Origin: Alloascoidea hylecoeti
Taxonomy: Eukaryota
Reading direction: 5' to 3'
Length of the DNA stretch: 64,000 nucleotides
Assembly (NCBI GenBank): GCA_001600815.1
Contig: BCKZ01000012.1
Coordinates: forward strand, 1-64,000
A program made the position numbers and the translations under genes. The notes under the pieces are model-generated. The model did no database searches and had not been told where the DNA came from. It was given only the letters and a program-made list of their open reading frames with translations. Position 1 is the first letter of the stretch, and the number at the start of each line of letters is the position of its first letter. Positions 11,863 through 23,542 of the stretch are shown here, piece after piece.

Positions 11863-12440
11863 ATCTGAATTGGGAAATAAATCTCAGATTTGATTCCGAG
11901 TCATGCAATAATCCAATAGGATATTCAAAATGTAAAACAATATAAAAATTTATTCAAGAATTGTTCAATCGATTCATGAACCAGATAGCATACCGAGATG
12001 GATAATCAAATGTATTGCCTATGATTATAGCACTGTGGGGTCTGTCAAGATTATTATTGTAGGTTACTTTTATAATTATCGGTACTAAACACTACAAAAA
12101 GATATAGATATACATGTATTACTTTAAACGGTAATGCTAGATCAATTAAGATGTTGTTGAGTCGTGTATCTTTTAATTTGATTGTCGGAAGAAATAATGC
12201 TCCAGATCCGAACCAACTCGGTAAAAGTACTAAATGTAATTTAATGCAATGCATATATAAATTAACATTAATATCTGAATTGGGAAATAATGCTCATGAT
12301 GTGATTCTGAGTCATTCATTGAATGAATAAAAAACCAGTCAATAAGTATTCACAATTAAATCTCCAGCAACGAGTTAAAAATTCAATACTGTTCAATCGA
12401 TTTATAAACCCGAAATATAATGCTGAGATAAATAGTCATA
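11863..12440. repeat. Dispersed ~150-170 bp diverged direct repeat (11863-12010 and 12273-12440)
   Basis: atctgaattgggaaataa...gagtcat...tgttcaatcgatt is shared by both copies. Confidence 0.75.
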
Positions 12441-13750
12441 TAAGGTGTGTGCACCCTGCATGGTCTTGATGTTTTCTTGGCTGAGGGAAACACATCTCCA
12501 AAATTTATATATGTAGCGCGTAAAACTTACTCTCTTCTTAAACCATGAAAAGCATGTGTGGTCAATTCACAGAGCTTTTAATGTCAATGGAAAAGATGAT
12601 GACTCAAATGTAAGACTCAACGTATGGAGGGGCGAACGTGTAGGTTAAATGAGTTTGTGATCTGCCTACAATTGCAAACATGAAGAGGACATTCGCAAAG
12701 AAGTTAACTGGCGATTTGTAAGTACTTGGGCTCTTACCAGTACGTACATTTGAATCTAGTTTCCTAACTCCTTATAATAACATATACTTGATCCGTGTAA
12801 TATGTGCTATATTTCCACATAAATTAGGAGAGATGTCAACCTGGTAATATTTTTCATTCTATAACGCTCATATTCATTAAATTTACGTTTTTCCAACCCG
12901 AAATATAGCTCTGCATAGCGAGAGTAGCTATGAGAAATGAAATTGATCATGGCAAATTTCTTGTAACTGAGTCTTACAATTATCATTTTAATATTAATTA
13001 ATTGTAATCATAATAGGAAAAAAAAAGAGTAAAAATTACTTATAATTAGATAAATTTACGTTTGAGACCACTGGCATAATTATAGTGTTTACATAAATTA
13101 CATTACTGTCGCATCACACCTGATTTCAAATAGTATTTCCACTCTGAACTTAATATGTTAGAAGGGAGCTTAAAAGATATTGAATTAATATATATATTAA
13201 AACTCTAGCTGTTTTTTGTCCTCTTGTATGTATGTAATAGAAAAGACAACAAATATTAATTTGCCAGTAGTTATGATCCTTTAAAATTGAACAATCATCA
13301 GATATATATCGATCTAGATTCAAATCATACGTAATGTAAGCTTAAATAAAGTAACCAATTTATTAATTTTAACTAATTAAAAGATGTATAAAAATATAAA
13401 GTCAACTGAAACGCATCCTTTTACTCGTTATGGGATAAAATTATATGAAAGTGGTACATGTAAGCTTATAAGATTATATCATTTAGAAGTTAAAACTAAA
13501 GACGATGATTAATATATTAAATTACCATATATGGTGTAGTATATCATACATAATACAGTGCAAAAGTTTACAATTAGAATATTAATACAATCAGGACCAA
13601 CCAATTTCAAATTAAAACCAAGAGAAACGTTATCGTGTTTAAAATAAAGAAAATATCTGATATGAACCACAAGGTTTTAGTTAAAGCTGAGCATGATTAT
13701 TAATGATGATAATATATCATTAAGGTTGAATTGAAAATATAATAAAAGAC

Positions 13751-13951
13751 TTAGGCAATGATACAGTTGTGTGGAATATGATAATTGGGTACATATACAA
13801 CTTCTATAATGATAAATTATTGTTAGTTAGTGTATATGATTATAAAATTAATAGATTATGTCAACTTACCTGTGTGGTGGTCTTTGTCTTGAATGATTGC
13901 GGATTTCTTGTTTGAAGCTGAGAATTTGGTTTGAGAGATAGTGTTAGCCAT
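13751..13951 (-). CDS. MFA: a-factor-like lipopeptide mating pheromone precursor (2 exons, 44 aa)
   Basis: Exons 13951-13870 and 13803-13751; intron GTAAGT...ACTAAC...TAG. Product MANTISQTKFSASNKKSAIIQDKDHHTEVVYVPNYHIPHNCIIA* ends in a CAAX box. Confidence 0.85.
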
Positions 13952-14014
13952 TGTTAAGTAATAGTAAAGAGTGAATGTGAATGATATTGACAAATTGAAG
14001 GAAATTTGCCTTCC

Positions 14015-14479
14015 TTTTATAGTCAACTCTCGTCTATAACTTTGAATCAGGATGGTTTCCAATATTTCCTTATATAATTAATTATAACCCCAGAAAAGCA
14101 TAATAAACATTACAATGCCAGTACCATAGCCAGCTAGATAAAGTAATATTAAACTTTAGGATATCTCTGTTTCAACTCTTAAACTTTCGGAACCTTAACT
14201 ATTATCTACCGCATATGGTATATTTTTTAATTATATATTACATCTATATATATATATGAATTTAAATAAAACCATATATATGGTATATCTGATAATGTTA
14301 CAAAAATTCATTCTTTCAAATCTTGATAGTGAAATTGATACAAACTAGTAATAAAGTTATAAACTTCGAACTTATGGAATCGATATCAAACTTCATGAGG
14401 AGTGAGTCATGTTCTAAAGAAGGATAACCTTCAGTTATTTGTGACAACCCATTTGATTTTCAAACTGGTATGTGTTTCA
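14015..14479 (-). promoter_or_regulatory. Pheromone gene promoter: TATA, Ste12-type PREs, Mcm1-like site
   Basis: TATAAAA at 14021-14015; TGAAACA at 14174-14168 and 14479-14473; TACC-N6-GGTA at 14207-14220. Confidence 0.5.
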
Positions 14480-15603
14480 TTATTAATTATAACCATCAGT
14501 TAAGCTACCATCTCACAACTTTTATATATGCATATGTGTGTGTCAAATTTGTCAATATGCATAGATTTCAAGCAGGTCTGAAATTTTACCTTTATATTTC
14601 ACTAAATCCTACTTTCAAAGTGAACCAACCACATTTGAAACATTATAACCTATTTGGAATAGATGGAGAAGCAGAAGACCGATATCTACTTTATAGTTAG
14701 ATGTAGAGCGTGTGCCGTGCGCCGTTTAGCCGTATATGCCGTATTTCCACCGTAAATTATTTGTACAAATGAAAATTGTTTGGCAAAATATCAGCGGCTA
14801 GAAATACCAAACAAATGTGAAAAACTTGGGAAAATATGAGATCTTAACTTATTACGTATATTATCAGCAAAATTTTTCTTTTAATACTATAAACAAACGA
14901 ATGAATACTTTTAAATGTAAGGTTTTCCATCATAAAAACAATTGTACCCCATTTAATAACAATTTAAAAATGAAAGAAGGAAAAAAAAAAACAATATATT
15001 AAAAACACCTTTTCTTCATTTGTCATTTGTCTTGGATATCTATATTCAATCTAGGTCTCAAACAAATCCAAATATATATATCTATATATCAATTAAGAAC
15101 AACTTCCTTTGTACCGGCCAGTAAATTGACATGCAAATATTAACCGCTTGTATTCATTAAATAAATGAAGATAATGCGTATTTTGTTTTGTTTAAGTATG
15201 TAGTTATTATATAACTGGAAACCAAAGGTGGTTTGTTCCTTTAATTGATAGATGTTTAATCTAGAATTGAGTATAAAACATAATAAATGCTGTAAATATT
15301 GATGAACAAGAATATCTCGTAGTTGCAACTCTAGAGTAAAATTAATATAACTCGTTATGGAAATTGCAATCTAAATAAATAAAAAAAAAAAACAAATAAA
15401 AGATTAGGTACAAAGATAAAAGAGATAACAAAATGTATCTATATATAAAAAAATAATGTCTGTGTCTTTGATTTTCATAGTTGCGATTGAAAATATAATT
15501 ATGATTGATCTTGTAAAGCAATTGTATATCTATGATGGTAAGCAAATTTTTTAAGCATGTAAGGATTAATATACCGACAAACCATAATTAATCACAATAT
15601 AAA

Positions 15604-15643
15604 TTTTGTTTTGTTTTGTTTTGTTTTGTTTTGTTTTGTTTTG
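15604..15643. repeat. (TTTTG)8 microsatellite
   Basis: Direct reading. Confidence 0.9.
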
Positions 15644-16631
15644 TCATTATTTTCGTTTTTTAAAGAAAAATTGATTATTAAAGCTACCGAGATTTATCAA
15701 GTTTATCTGTTATTTTTATTCCTAATATGAAATATTTTTAATAATAACTTAAACTTTTAATCTTAATCTTTAATAATCCTTTATTTTCTGGATTTAGTGT
15801 TTCAGCATAATGAATTATAATTTTCATAGATAAATTTGTAATCAAATGAGTTAACATTTGCGAATTAGATGCAATGCAAAGCTTTATTATCATTAACATG
15901 TAATTGCGCATTATAACTAGAATTCTAAGAAGAAGAAAAAATGGTTAATTTTGTTGTTGTAATTTTTGATTTCTCTTTTGTTTCATAGAGGAAGGATACT
16001 AATTGCGATATAAAGGGGTTAACAAAGTAAAGATAAAATAAAAAAATAAAAAAATAACAACGATAATAAAAAGATAATAAAATTAAAAAATTAATTGATT
16101 ATTTTCATAGATTGAAAACCCCAAATTATAACGTAATCAATTATAAACAGAGAATCCAATAAAAAAAAGAACAAAAATATAAAAACATAAAGTTATTAAG
16201 ATAAATAAACAATAACGAAACATAAAAACAACGATGATATATATATATTTATAAATAGAAAAAGCAATAATAACAATAACAAGTAGCAAATAATTATAAC
16301 AATACATATAAAGCAATCATATTTATAATGAGATCTATAAATTTTTAAAACAGATTACAAATTAATAGATATCTTGCTATATTCTTTTTCAAATTAAATG
16401 ATATATATATCAATCAATTATTTCTGTTTCCCCATAATAAAAAAGCAAAAATAAAAAATATTAATAGTAAAAGTATAAACAGAAATAAAAATAGCGAGAA
16501 TAGCAAAAAAAAATTATAGTAAAAAAAAGTTCTGATCAATCAAAGAAATAAACTGAGTTCCTAATTACCCCAATAGAATTTTCAGTTTAAATACTTTTTA
16601 TTTGTATAATTTCAAAAGTTTTATTCTTATA

Positions 16632-19019
16632 TTAACAAGAACATAACCATTGAAACCCTCCATTATTATGATAATCATTCAGTATAACAAACCCAACAAC
16701 ACCACATATAACATATAATAAAGCAGTGAGTAATAAATGCATGAAATTCTTAATTATTAGTAAATCTCCAAACTTTTTAATATTTTCCGTCAGAAATTTC
16801 ATCTTCTGGATGTCTTTGCCAACAGTAGTATCATTTTTAATTTTAGTCTGTATTAATGAAGATCTATCCTTTAGTTTTAAATTTGATGTTGGAGATGATT
16901 CAGCTGATAAAATAGAATATGAAGTTGAAGAAGAAGAATAAGATGCATTTGAATTTGAATCATTTGAACCATTTGAACCATTTGAATTTTCACTTGGATG
17001 AAGAGGGGTTGAAAGTTCAGTATCTATTAATGGTGATGGTGATAAATGTTTCCCCCGCTTAGATCCATTAACATTAACACTAAGATTATCATTTTTATGA
17101 TCACTGCATTGTAATTTATTTTCATAATCTTGACATTTCTTTTGTAATGATGCATTTTTCTTTGAATATTCAAAAGTTATATTTTCAGCACTTTTAACTC
17201 TTTCATGATATAATTTGACATGACATTTATATTGTTCTAATTGAGTCATTAATAAACTTAAATGATTTGAATCAATTAATTCCATTCCAGCTGTTGATGA
17301 TTTCCTATTTCTTAACTTTAGATCTAAACCAGAACTAGAATCTTCTTCATTTTCATTTTCATTCTCATCATTATCTGATTTTTGTGGTTGATTAAAAGAA
17401 GAAATAATTGTTTTTCTTTTATTATTATTCAAAGATGGTAAATATTTATTCCTGTGTATTAATGATCTTGTTCTTGAATTTCTAAAATTTTTATAATTAT
17501 CATCATCATTATCATCATGATTTTGTGATATTGGTGAATCGATACTTGGTAATTCAGGTTCATTAATTGACTTACTAACAATCAATTGCTGTTCATCATC
17601 ACTTATTTCTTCAAATTCATCACTATCAGAAATTGGTTCTAAATTAGGAATAATATCTTGATCAATTTCATCATACATATAAGAAGATCTAGAAGATAAA
17701 ATTTCATTAGTAGATGAATATCTAAAAGTCTGAGTTTCTTCATCAGCAAATGGAGAATTATTATGTAATTTTAATTTTAATTTTAGTGAATTAATTTCTT
17801 CTTTATAATTTTTTTCTTTTTCAATAAATTGTTCATTTAATAAATTTATAATTTTCTTTTGTTTATTAATTAAATTTTTTGATTCTTCAAAATCAGATTG
17901 TTTATTAAATAAATTGTCATTTAATAATTCAATTTTTGAATTTTTTTTATCAATTTCAATTTTTAATAAATTTAAATTTTCTTTTAAAATCTTTTCATTT
18001 TCTAAAATTTCTTGAATTTTTAAATTTTTATTTGTTTGATTATTTTTAAATGATGTTAAAAATGTTTGTAAATTTTCAAATTTTGCATTTTCAAGTCTAG
18101 ATGAATGAATTTGGGATATTAATAGTCTTATTGTTGTTTCTAATTGGGACGAAGTACCAATTCCTGAATTCATAAATAAACCTGCAATGTTGCCCGTCGG
18201 TATACCTAGTGCTAAATCATCTAGTTGAGGATCATTTGATTGAAATACAGCGGAATCGAAAGCCTCTTTTTTCATTAATAATTTCTTGTTGTTAGCTAGA
18301 TCAGTATACGAACCGTTCGTTGTTATCGGATCTGCTTGTTGCTGTTGCTGTGGTTGTTGCTGTGGTTGGGAAAGAGGTGAAGAGGAAGGATCTGATAAAG
18401 AAATAAGATCAATAGATTCAACTCTAGCTGCTATCTTTTTGTGAGCCAAAGTTTTTTGGTCGTCATTTTTAATATCTATACCTAATTCTAAAATATCACC
18501 AGCTTTTAAAATAAAAGGATCACTTTCACAATTATCAGGACTTAACCTTTTACCATTAATATAAGTACCATTAGATGATTTACAATCTTTGATGAAAACT
18601 TGACCTGTTTGCTTGTTAACCCAGCATTCTGCATGCTGACGAGATAAGACCCGGGAATCGAAATACCCATTAGACGGATCTGGAACAGTTTGATGATTTG
18701 TCTGACGACCCAACTTCAAAACCTGGGGGAAAAAGGGTAATATAAGAGATTTGTAAGTGAAGGTATCATTTAGTGAAATTAATTTTAAAACAGTAGCGTG
18801 TTGAAGGCGAGATGGAGAGTTTGTAATGGTTGAAACTGAGGAACGTGAGTTTGCACGAGCTCGAGGGCGACCAGCACCAGCAGGGGCAGCGACGCCACCC
18901 CCAACGTTAGCAGTAGCCACTGGGCCTGAATTTTGCTGCTGTGAGTTCATGGACGGGAGGGACGGGAGGGCGAAAGATTCTACAGCTGTGCCTGAGTAAT
19001 GTTGGTTTTGTGCGAGCAT
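16632..19019 (-). CDS. VPS64: FHA-domain, coiled-coil, tail-anchored STRIPAK/Far complex subunit (Far9/Vps64-Far10, SLMAP-like)
   Basis: LKLGRQ..NGYFDSRVLSRQHA..IKDCKSSNGTYING FHA domain, a coiled coil and a C-terminal TM segment. First ATG at 19019. Confidence 0.85.
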   Translation of the reverse strand: MLAQNQHYSGTAVESFALPSLPSMNSQQQNSGPVATANVGGGVAAPAGAGRPRARANSRSSVSTITNSPSRLQHATVLKLISLNDTFTYKSLILPFFPQVLKLGRQTNHQTVPDPSNGYFDSRVLSRQHAECWVNKQTGQVFIKDCKSSNGTYINGKRLSPDNCESDPFILKAGDILELGIDIKNDDQKTLAHKKIAARVESIDLISLSDPSSSPLSQPQQQPQQQQQADPITTNGSYTDLANNKKLLMKKEAFDSAVFQSNDPQLDDLALGIPTGNIAGLFMNSGIGTSSQLETTIRLLISQIHSSRLENAKFENLQTFLTSFKNNQTNKNLKIQEILENEKILKENLNLLKIEIDKKNSKIELLNDNLFNKQSDFEESKNLINKQKKIINLLNEQFIEKEKNYKEEINSLKLKLKLHNNSPFADEETQTFRYSSTNEILSSRSSYMYDEIDQDIIPNLEPISDSDEFEEISDDEQQLIVSKSINEPELPSIDSPISQNHDDNDDDNYKNFRNSRTRSLIHRNKYLPSLNNNKRKTIISSFNQPQKSDNDENENENEEDSSSGLDLKLRNRKSSTAGMELIDSNHLSLLMTQLEQYKCHVKLYHERVKSAENITFEYSKKNASLQKKCQDYENKLQCSDHKNDNLSVNVNGSKRGKHLSPSPLIDTELSTPLHPSENSNGSNGSNDSNSNASYSSSSTSYSILSAESSPTSNLKLKDRSSLIQTKIKNDTTVGKDIQKMKFLTENIKKFGDLLIIKNFMHLLLTALLYVICGVVGFVILNDYHNNGGFQWLCSC

Positions 19020-19227
19020 GATGGAGGTTTGCAATTTCTAGATTTGTTGTTTCAAAACAAGCTGAGGCGAATTCCCGGAGATTGAATCCCGTAACTTGCG
19101 GGACATAGCAACACAGTAAAGGCGTGTCACAAGAGGGTCCAATCTTCTTGGGCCAAACAGTTTATGTTTATAATCTAATCAAAATCTATTTCTAATGCTA
19201 ATTTTAATGTCTAATGATAATGTCTGA

Positions 19228-19965
19228 TTATATTATCTCTGTATCATGATACTCCTTTTCTATCTTATCACATCCTAATAATTCACCCATCTTACCAACA
19301 AATAAATCTCCAACATGATCAACACTAACATCATATCCTTCTGTAATTCCTTTTCCATTCAATTCTTTAACAATGCTCGTCATTTTTTTATCCGGTAATC
19401 CACATGCAACTATTCTATCAAAATAACGTAAATCTGTATTAATATTCAACCCAATCCCATGACTCGTTATAAATCGTCTACAATGAACTCCAATTGATGC
19501 AATTTTATTATCATCATCAATCCAAACTCCTGTATTTTCTGTAACTCTTCCATTTAAATCATATTCTTTTAATGTAGATATTATACTTTTTTCAAGCATA
19601 GATATATAACATCTAATTCTTGAATGTGGTTGTAAATAATGCCTTAGATTTATAATCGGATAACAAACTAATTGCCCAGGTCCATGAAATGTCGTTTGTC
19701 CACCTCTTTGTGCTGAAACATACTCTGCACTTCCAAAAGATTTTAAATCATTTATTTCTTCTTGTGTCATTAATTTAGCTTGCCTTCTACCTGTTGTATA
19801 AACTGGTTGAAACTCAAATGTATAAAAAGTTGGATTTGGTTCTATAATATCATTATTATTTTGAAGATGATCTAAAAATTGTCGAACTTTTGTTTCTTGT
19901 ATTGAAGAAGCTTGAAGATAATGAATCGGTGATTCAAAATGAATATGTTTGATGATTTTATTCAT
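19228..19965 (-). CDS. LIP2: Octanoyltransferase (LipB)
   Basis: PVYTTGRR, RGGQTTFHGPGQLVCYP, KIASIGVH and IVACGL motifs. Confidence 0.95.
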   Translation of the reverse strand: MNKIIKHIHFESPIHYLQASSIQETKVRQFLDHLQNNNDIIEPNPTFYTFEFQPVYTTGRRQAKLMTQEEINDLKSFGSAEYVSAQRGGQTTFHGPGQLVCYPIINLRHYLQPHSRIRCYISMLEKSIISTLKEYDLNGRVTENTGVWIDDDNKIASIGVHCRRFITSHGIGLNINTDLRYFDRIVACGLPDKKMTSIVKELNGKGITEGYDVSVDHVGDLFVGKMGELLGCDKIEKEYHDTEII

Positions 19966-20662
19966 TATAACTTTTTGTTCTGTAATTCTATTAAGTACAA
20001 TGAGCGCTCAAGTCGGATTATGTAATTCGTTCTCATTATGCAGTAGTTCCACTTAATTTAGACCAAACTGTTTAATCGGCTCTCAGCATTTTATTCTCGG
20101 CCGAATTTAGTACCAAATTCCTTGTCATACCGGTAATATTGCCGTCGGAATTTAATTTGGAAACAGCGGATAATTAATGGTTATAATGGCCTAAATTAAG
20201 TGAAACTACTATATAATGAAATATTCCATAAACATTTTGAACTTCCAAAGGATGAACAAATCTTTTAATCACCATGCGTGGAATTATCGGGATGGATCAT
20301 CTTGCGTTTTAAGTCTGCCTTTTCACCAGCTAACGTGTTAGAGGAGATGGGACCATCTATCTACATCTTAGTGAAAAACTTTGATAATTAACCCCATAAT
20401 CTGCCCTGGGCAATGCAACCTGGAGATCCTCTTTGTTATAATTAAAGATTACATCTACGAAATAGATTGAACAAAATTGACGAACGATGATCTCTCTGCC
20501 ATGCCGGCTCTGATTTGTATGTTACCATACCTATATCGTAATATTTTAAATTTAACTATAGACATATATTTATAGCTTTATCTGTTTTAAATTTAAATAA
20601 AATGTTAATCATATATTCAGATATATAAAAACATTTGCATTGACAATATTGATGGATTATAT

Positions 20663-21906
20663 TTACCATAATTCTTTCAAATAAGTATTACCATCCTTTT
20701 CATAAAAAACCACATCAGCATGCTGAAAACGAACAGTATTAATATGTTCAGGATCAATTATACCTTTAAATTGAATAATTCCTTGTAATTGATCATTATT
20801 CCCGTTTGATTTTGGACTATTTTTAACTTCAATTTTACCAGTTAAAAGTATATTATAATCAACATATTTTTTTTTATTTTTATCTCTAATTGGCTTAATT
20901 TCATGATAAGTTTTAGTATCATTTGCACCTGTTGTTGAACCAATTCCAATTGGTGTTAACAATTTCCGAAATGGTTCTTCAAATGATATTGATTTACTTT
21001 CCCATGAAAAATGAGGAGATGTTGGAGATATACGGACTCCCCAAACTCGAGGTTGCTCTTCTCTAGATTTAAATAAAACTATTAGATTCAAAAATAAACA
21101 TTTTTGTGAAATTAAAACTTAATCCTTACATTGAAATATGAAGCTCTGTTATTAAACCAAGACTGATTGGTAATCCAAATGTTTCCCTAGATGATTCATT
21201 CATTGATAATTTTTCCAATAATCTTAACGTTATAAGTTCTATAATATTATAAAAATGATTAATATAATAATACCAATAATGATAAATTAAATAATAATTT
21301 AAAATTGATACCTTTTATTCTTTCAATATCAATCTCTCCAGGAGCAGGAGATCTAACTATTCCTTTATACCATAATGGTATAAAAACCTGTTTTTTTGCA
21401 TTTATTACTTGATAAGTAATAGTTGATCCTAAAATTGTAAAAAGCGTACCTAATATAATTAATGTCATCATTGTAATACTTGGTCCTGATGATTCTCTTT
21501 CGTGAATTGCATTTTGTAGCCCATTTACTAATATTTGTCGTTGTTTATTCAAAAAAATCCTTTTTTCTTCTTCTGCTTTATTTAAATACCTATCATTATA
21601 TCGTAATTTACTATTTGTTGTAAAACTTCTTTTATTATTGATTTTCGAGGTTAAGCTTAAGTTTATAGGTGGATTGAATGTTAACGGGATTTTTTGAGAT
21701 TGCTTTTGAATTCCAAAATTATATCTATTAGAAATACAATGATCGTGTATATCGGAATTGTGATGATAACCGGTACTTATTGATTGTGTTGATTCACCAT
21801 ACCTCAAAGAAATAAGAAATGGCACATTTCTTATCGTATTAACACTCAAAGTATTTAAAGATAGATTTAAATTTGATAAGGTTGGAAGGCCCATAAATTT
21901 AGCCAT
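20663..21906 (-). CDS. AIM39: Mitochondrial Aim39-like membrane protein (3 exons)
   Basis: Introns 21311-21239 and 21129-21063 join the two ORFs via LLEKLSMNESSRETFGLPISLG. TM segment followed by VFIPLW. Confidence 0.65.
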
Positions 21907-22151
21907 GTGTTAAGACTTGCTTCCAATTGCAATTGAAGGTTTGTTGATAGCTGTTACCTGTTAATGTATTTAACACCTTAACATCTACTACAGTTTATAA
22001 TTATAATTATTAACTTGTACCAATTAATTACATTAAATTTTATATCATAAATGTTTGTTATATTCATATAGATTATATATATAGGTCCTTAATATCATTA
22101 TTAATATCATTATTAATATACAATAAATGTTTAGAAAAATGTATTTGTTGT

Positions 22152-23042
22152 TTAAAGATCATCTTCATCATCTGTATCATCGGCCCAATTAAACTTTTTA
22201 TTTCGAAATGATAAAAGATCTTTTTTAAATTCTTCAGCCCTTTTTTCTTTTTCTTCTTTTGTTAATTCTTCTTCTTCTTTTGTTAATTTGGGTACTTCTT
22301 CAACTTTTGAAATCGGAATTCTCCTTTGTTTTGATTTATTATCAACATTTTGGTTATTATGTAACTGTCGATGATCATAATTAGAATCTTTATTTCTATT
22401 CGAACCATAATCTCGATTAGCAAATAAATCATCATTTGATAAATGTGGTTTTTTATCAGTGTCATTATTATTATATCGTGAAGGGTGTTGTTGATTGGTT
22501 GAAGTTGGTCCATTTCCAAAATCCCATTCTTTTTTATCAGAATTTAATTTCTTTAGTCTATAATATTCACGTAAATTTGATTTGTTACTGTTATTATTCC
22601 CATGCTTTTCATTTGATTGTGATTGTCCAAAACGTGATTCTAGCGTTTTTAAGTTACCTTTATTTTTAACTTTGTATCCACCTTTAATATTGTGATGACC
22701 ATCTTCTTCTTCTATTTCATTATCCAAATCATTCAAGTTTTCATTTGTTTTTACCCCCTCATGATCATTACTTCCTCCATTTGCAATAGGGCTTGGAAGT
22801 TTACCAAGACGTTGAGCAAATCTTTGTGCAGCAGGTGATAAATTGTGTAAATTACCTGGAGGTGATAAAGGAGACGATTCATGATCATTGACAATTGAAG
22901 TATTTAAATGGCTATTATCATCTTCTTCGTCGTTAGTTGATTTACATCGACCATTACCTTTTTGTGGTGATTTAAATTCTCTCTGTCGTCTTGATTTTCT
23001 ATTGCCTTTATTATTATTATTATTATTATGATTGTTATTATG

Positions 23043-23091
<49 letters not shown>

Positions 23092-23412
23092 GGTTTTGTA
23101 CCGCTCTTCTCATTGTTAATTGAGTTGTCTTTAGGCTGTTTATGGATGTCAATTGTGGCCATTCTCGAAGTAAGCGATTCTAATCCTCCACTCTTATCAT
23201 CATTATCATTATTTTTGGTTTTTCTTTGTAGTAAATGCTCATGTTTTTCTTTAGCTTCTTTAGCGATACGGTCTTGTTCGGACGCTTTTGCAACAAGACT
23301 TTCATTCGTAGCCCATCTTGAAACCAAACCCTAAACGGAAAAGAATAAAAAAAAGGTTAAAAATCGAAACAATTAAATGGAAAATTGTAAGAATTGGAAT
23401 ACATACGGTCAT
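22152..23412 (-). CDS. GFD1: Gfd1-like low-complexity protein (mRNA export)
   Basis: Exon 1 ATGACC, intron 23406-23331. N-terminal LVSRWA, C-terminal coiled coil and FNWADD, poly-Asn tract. Confidence 0.5.
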
Positions 23413-23542
23413 TTCTTATTTTTTTCTAGCAGTATTAAAGATTCGGAAAGTAGTAGCAACAAAATGATCATCGTATGATCATTTACCCGGACACCCATAT
23501 ATTTAGAGATAAGACGATTTTTAAAGTAATAATGAAACCACA

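Noticed and set aside
11220..12450. TPP riboswitch upstream of THI5/NMT1
   Set aside because: A CTGAGA occurs on the minus strand near 11885, but the other conserved aptamer segments and a host intron are not evident.
12440..12760. GC-elevated patch resembling a gene relic
   Set aside because: Frames are short and match no family I recognise.
13856..14062. 68-aa ORF in the track
   Set aside because: It is the unspliced read-through of pheromone exon 1 from a non-ATG start.
13751..19019. Functional clustering of the pheromone gene with the Far-complex gene
   Set aside because: Adjacency alone; no synteny evidence available.
20315..20332. U5 snRNA loop I (ctgccttttcaccag)
   Set aside because: It has an extra C versus the invariant GCCUUUUAC, and no convincing stem or Sm site.
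22904..23152. Poly-Ile ORF and other antisense or alternate-frame ORFs
   Set aside because: Shadows of low-complexity tracts in real genes.
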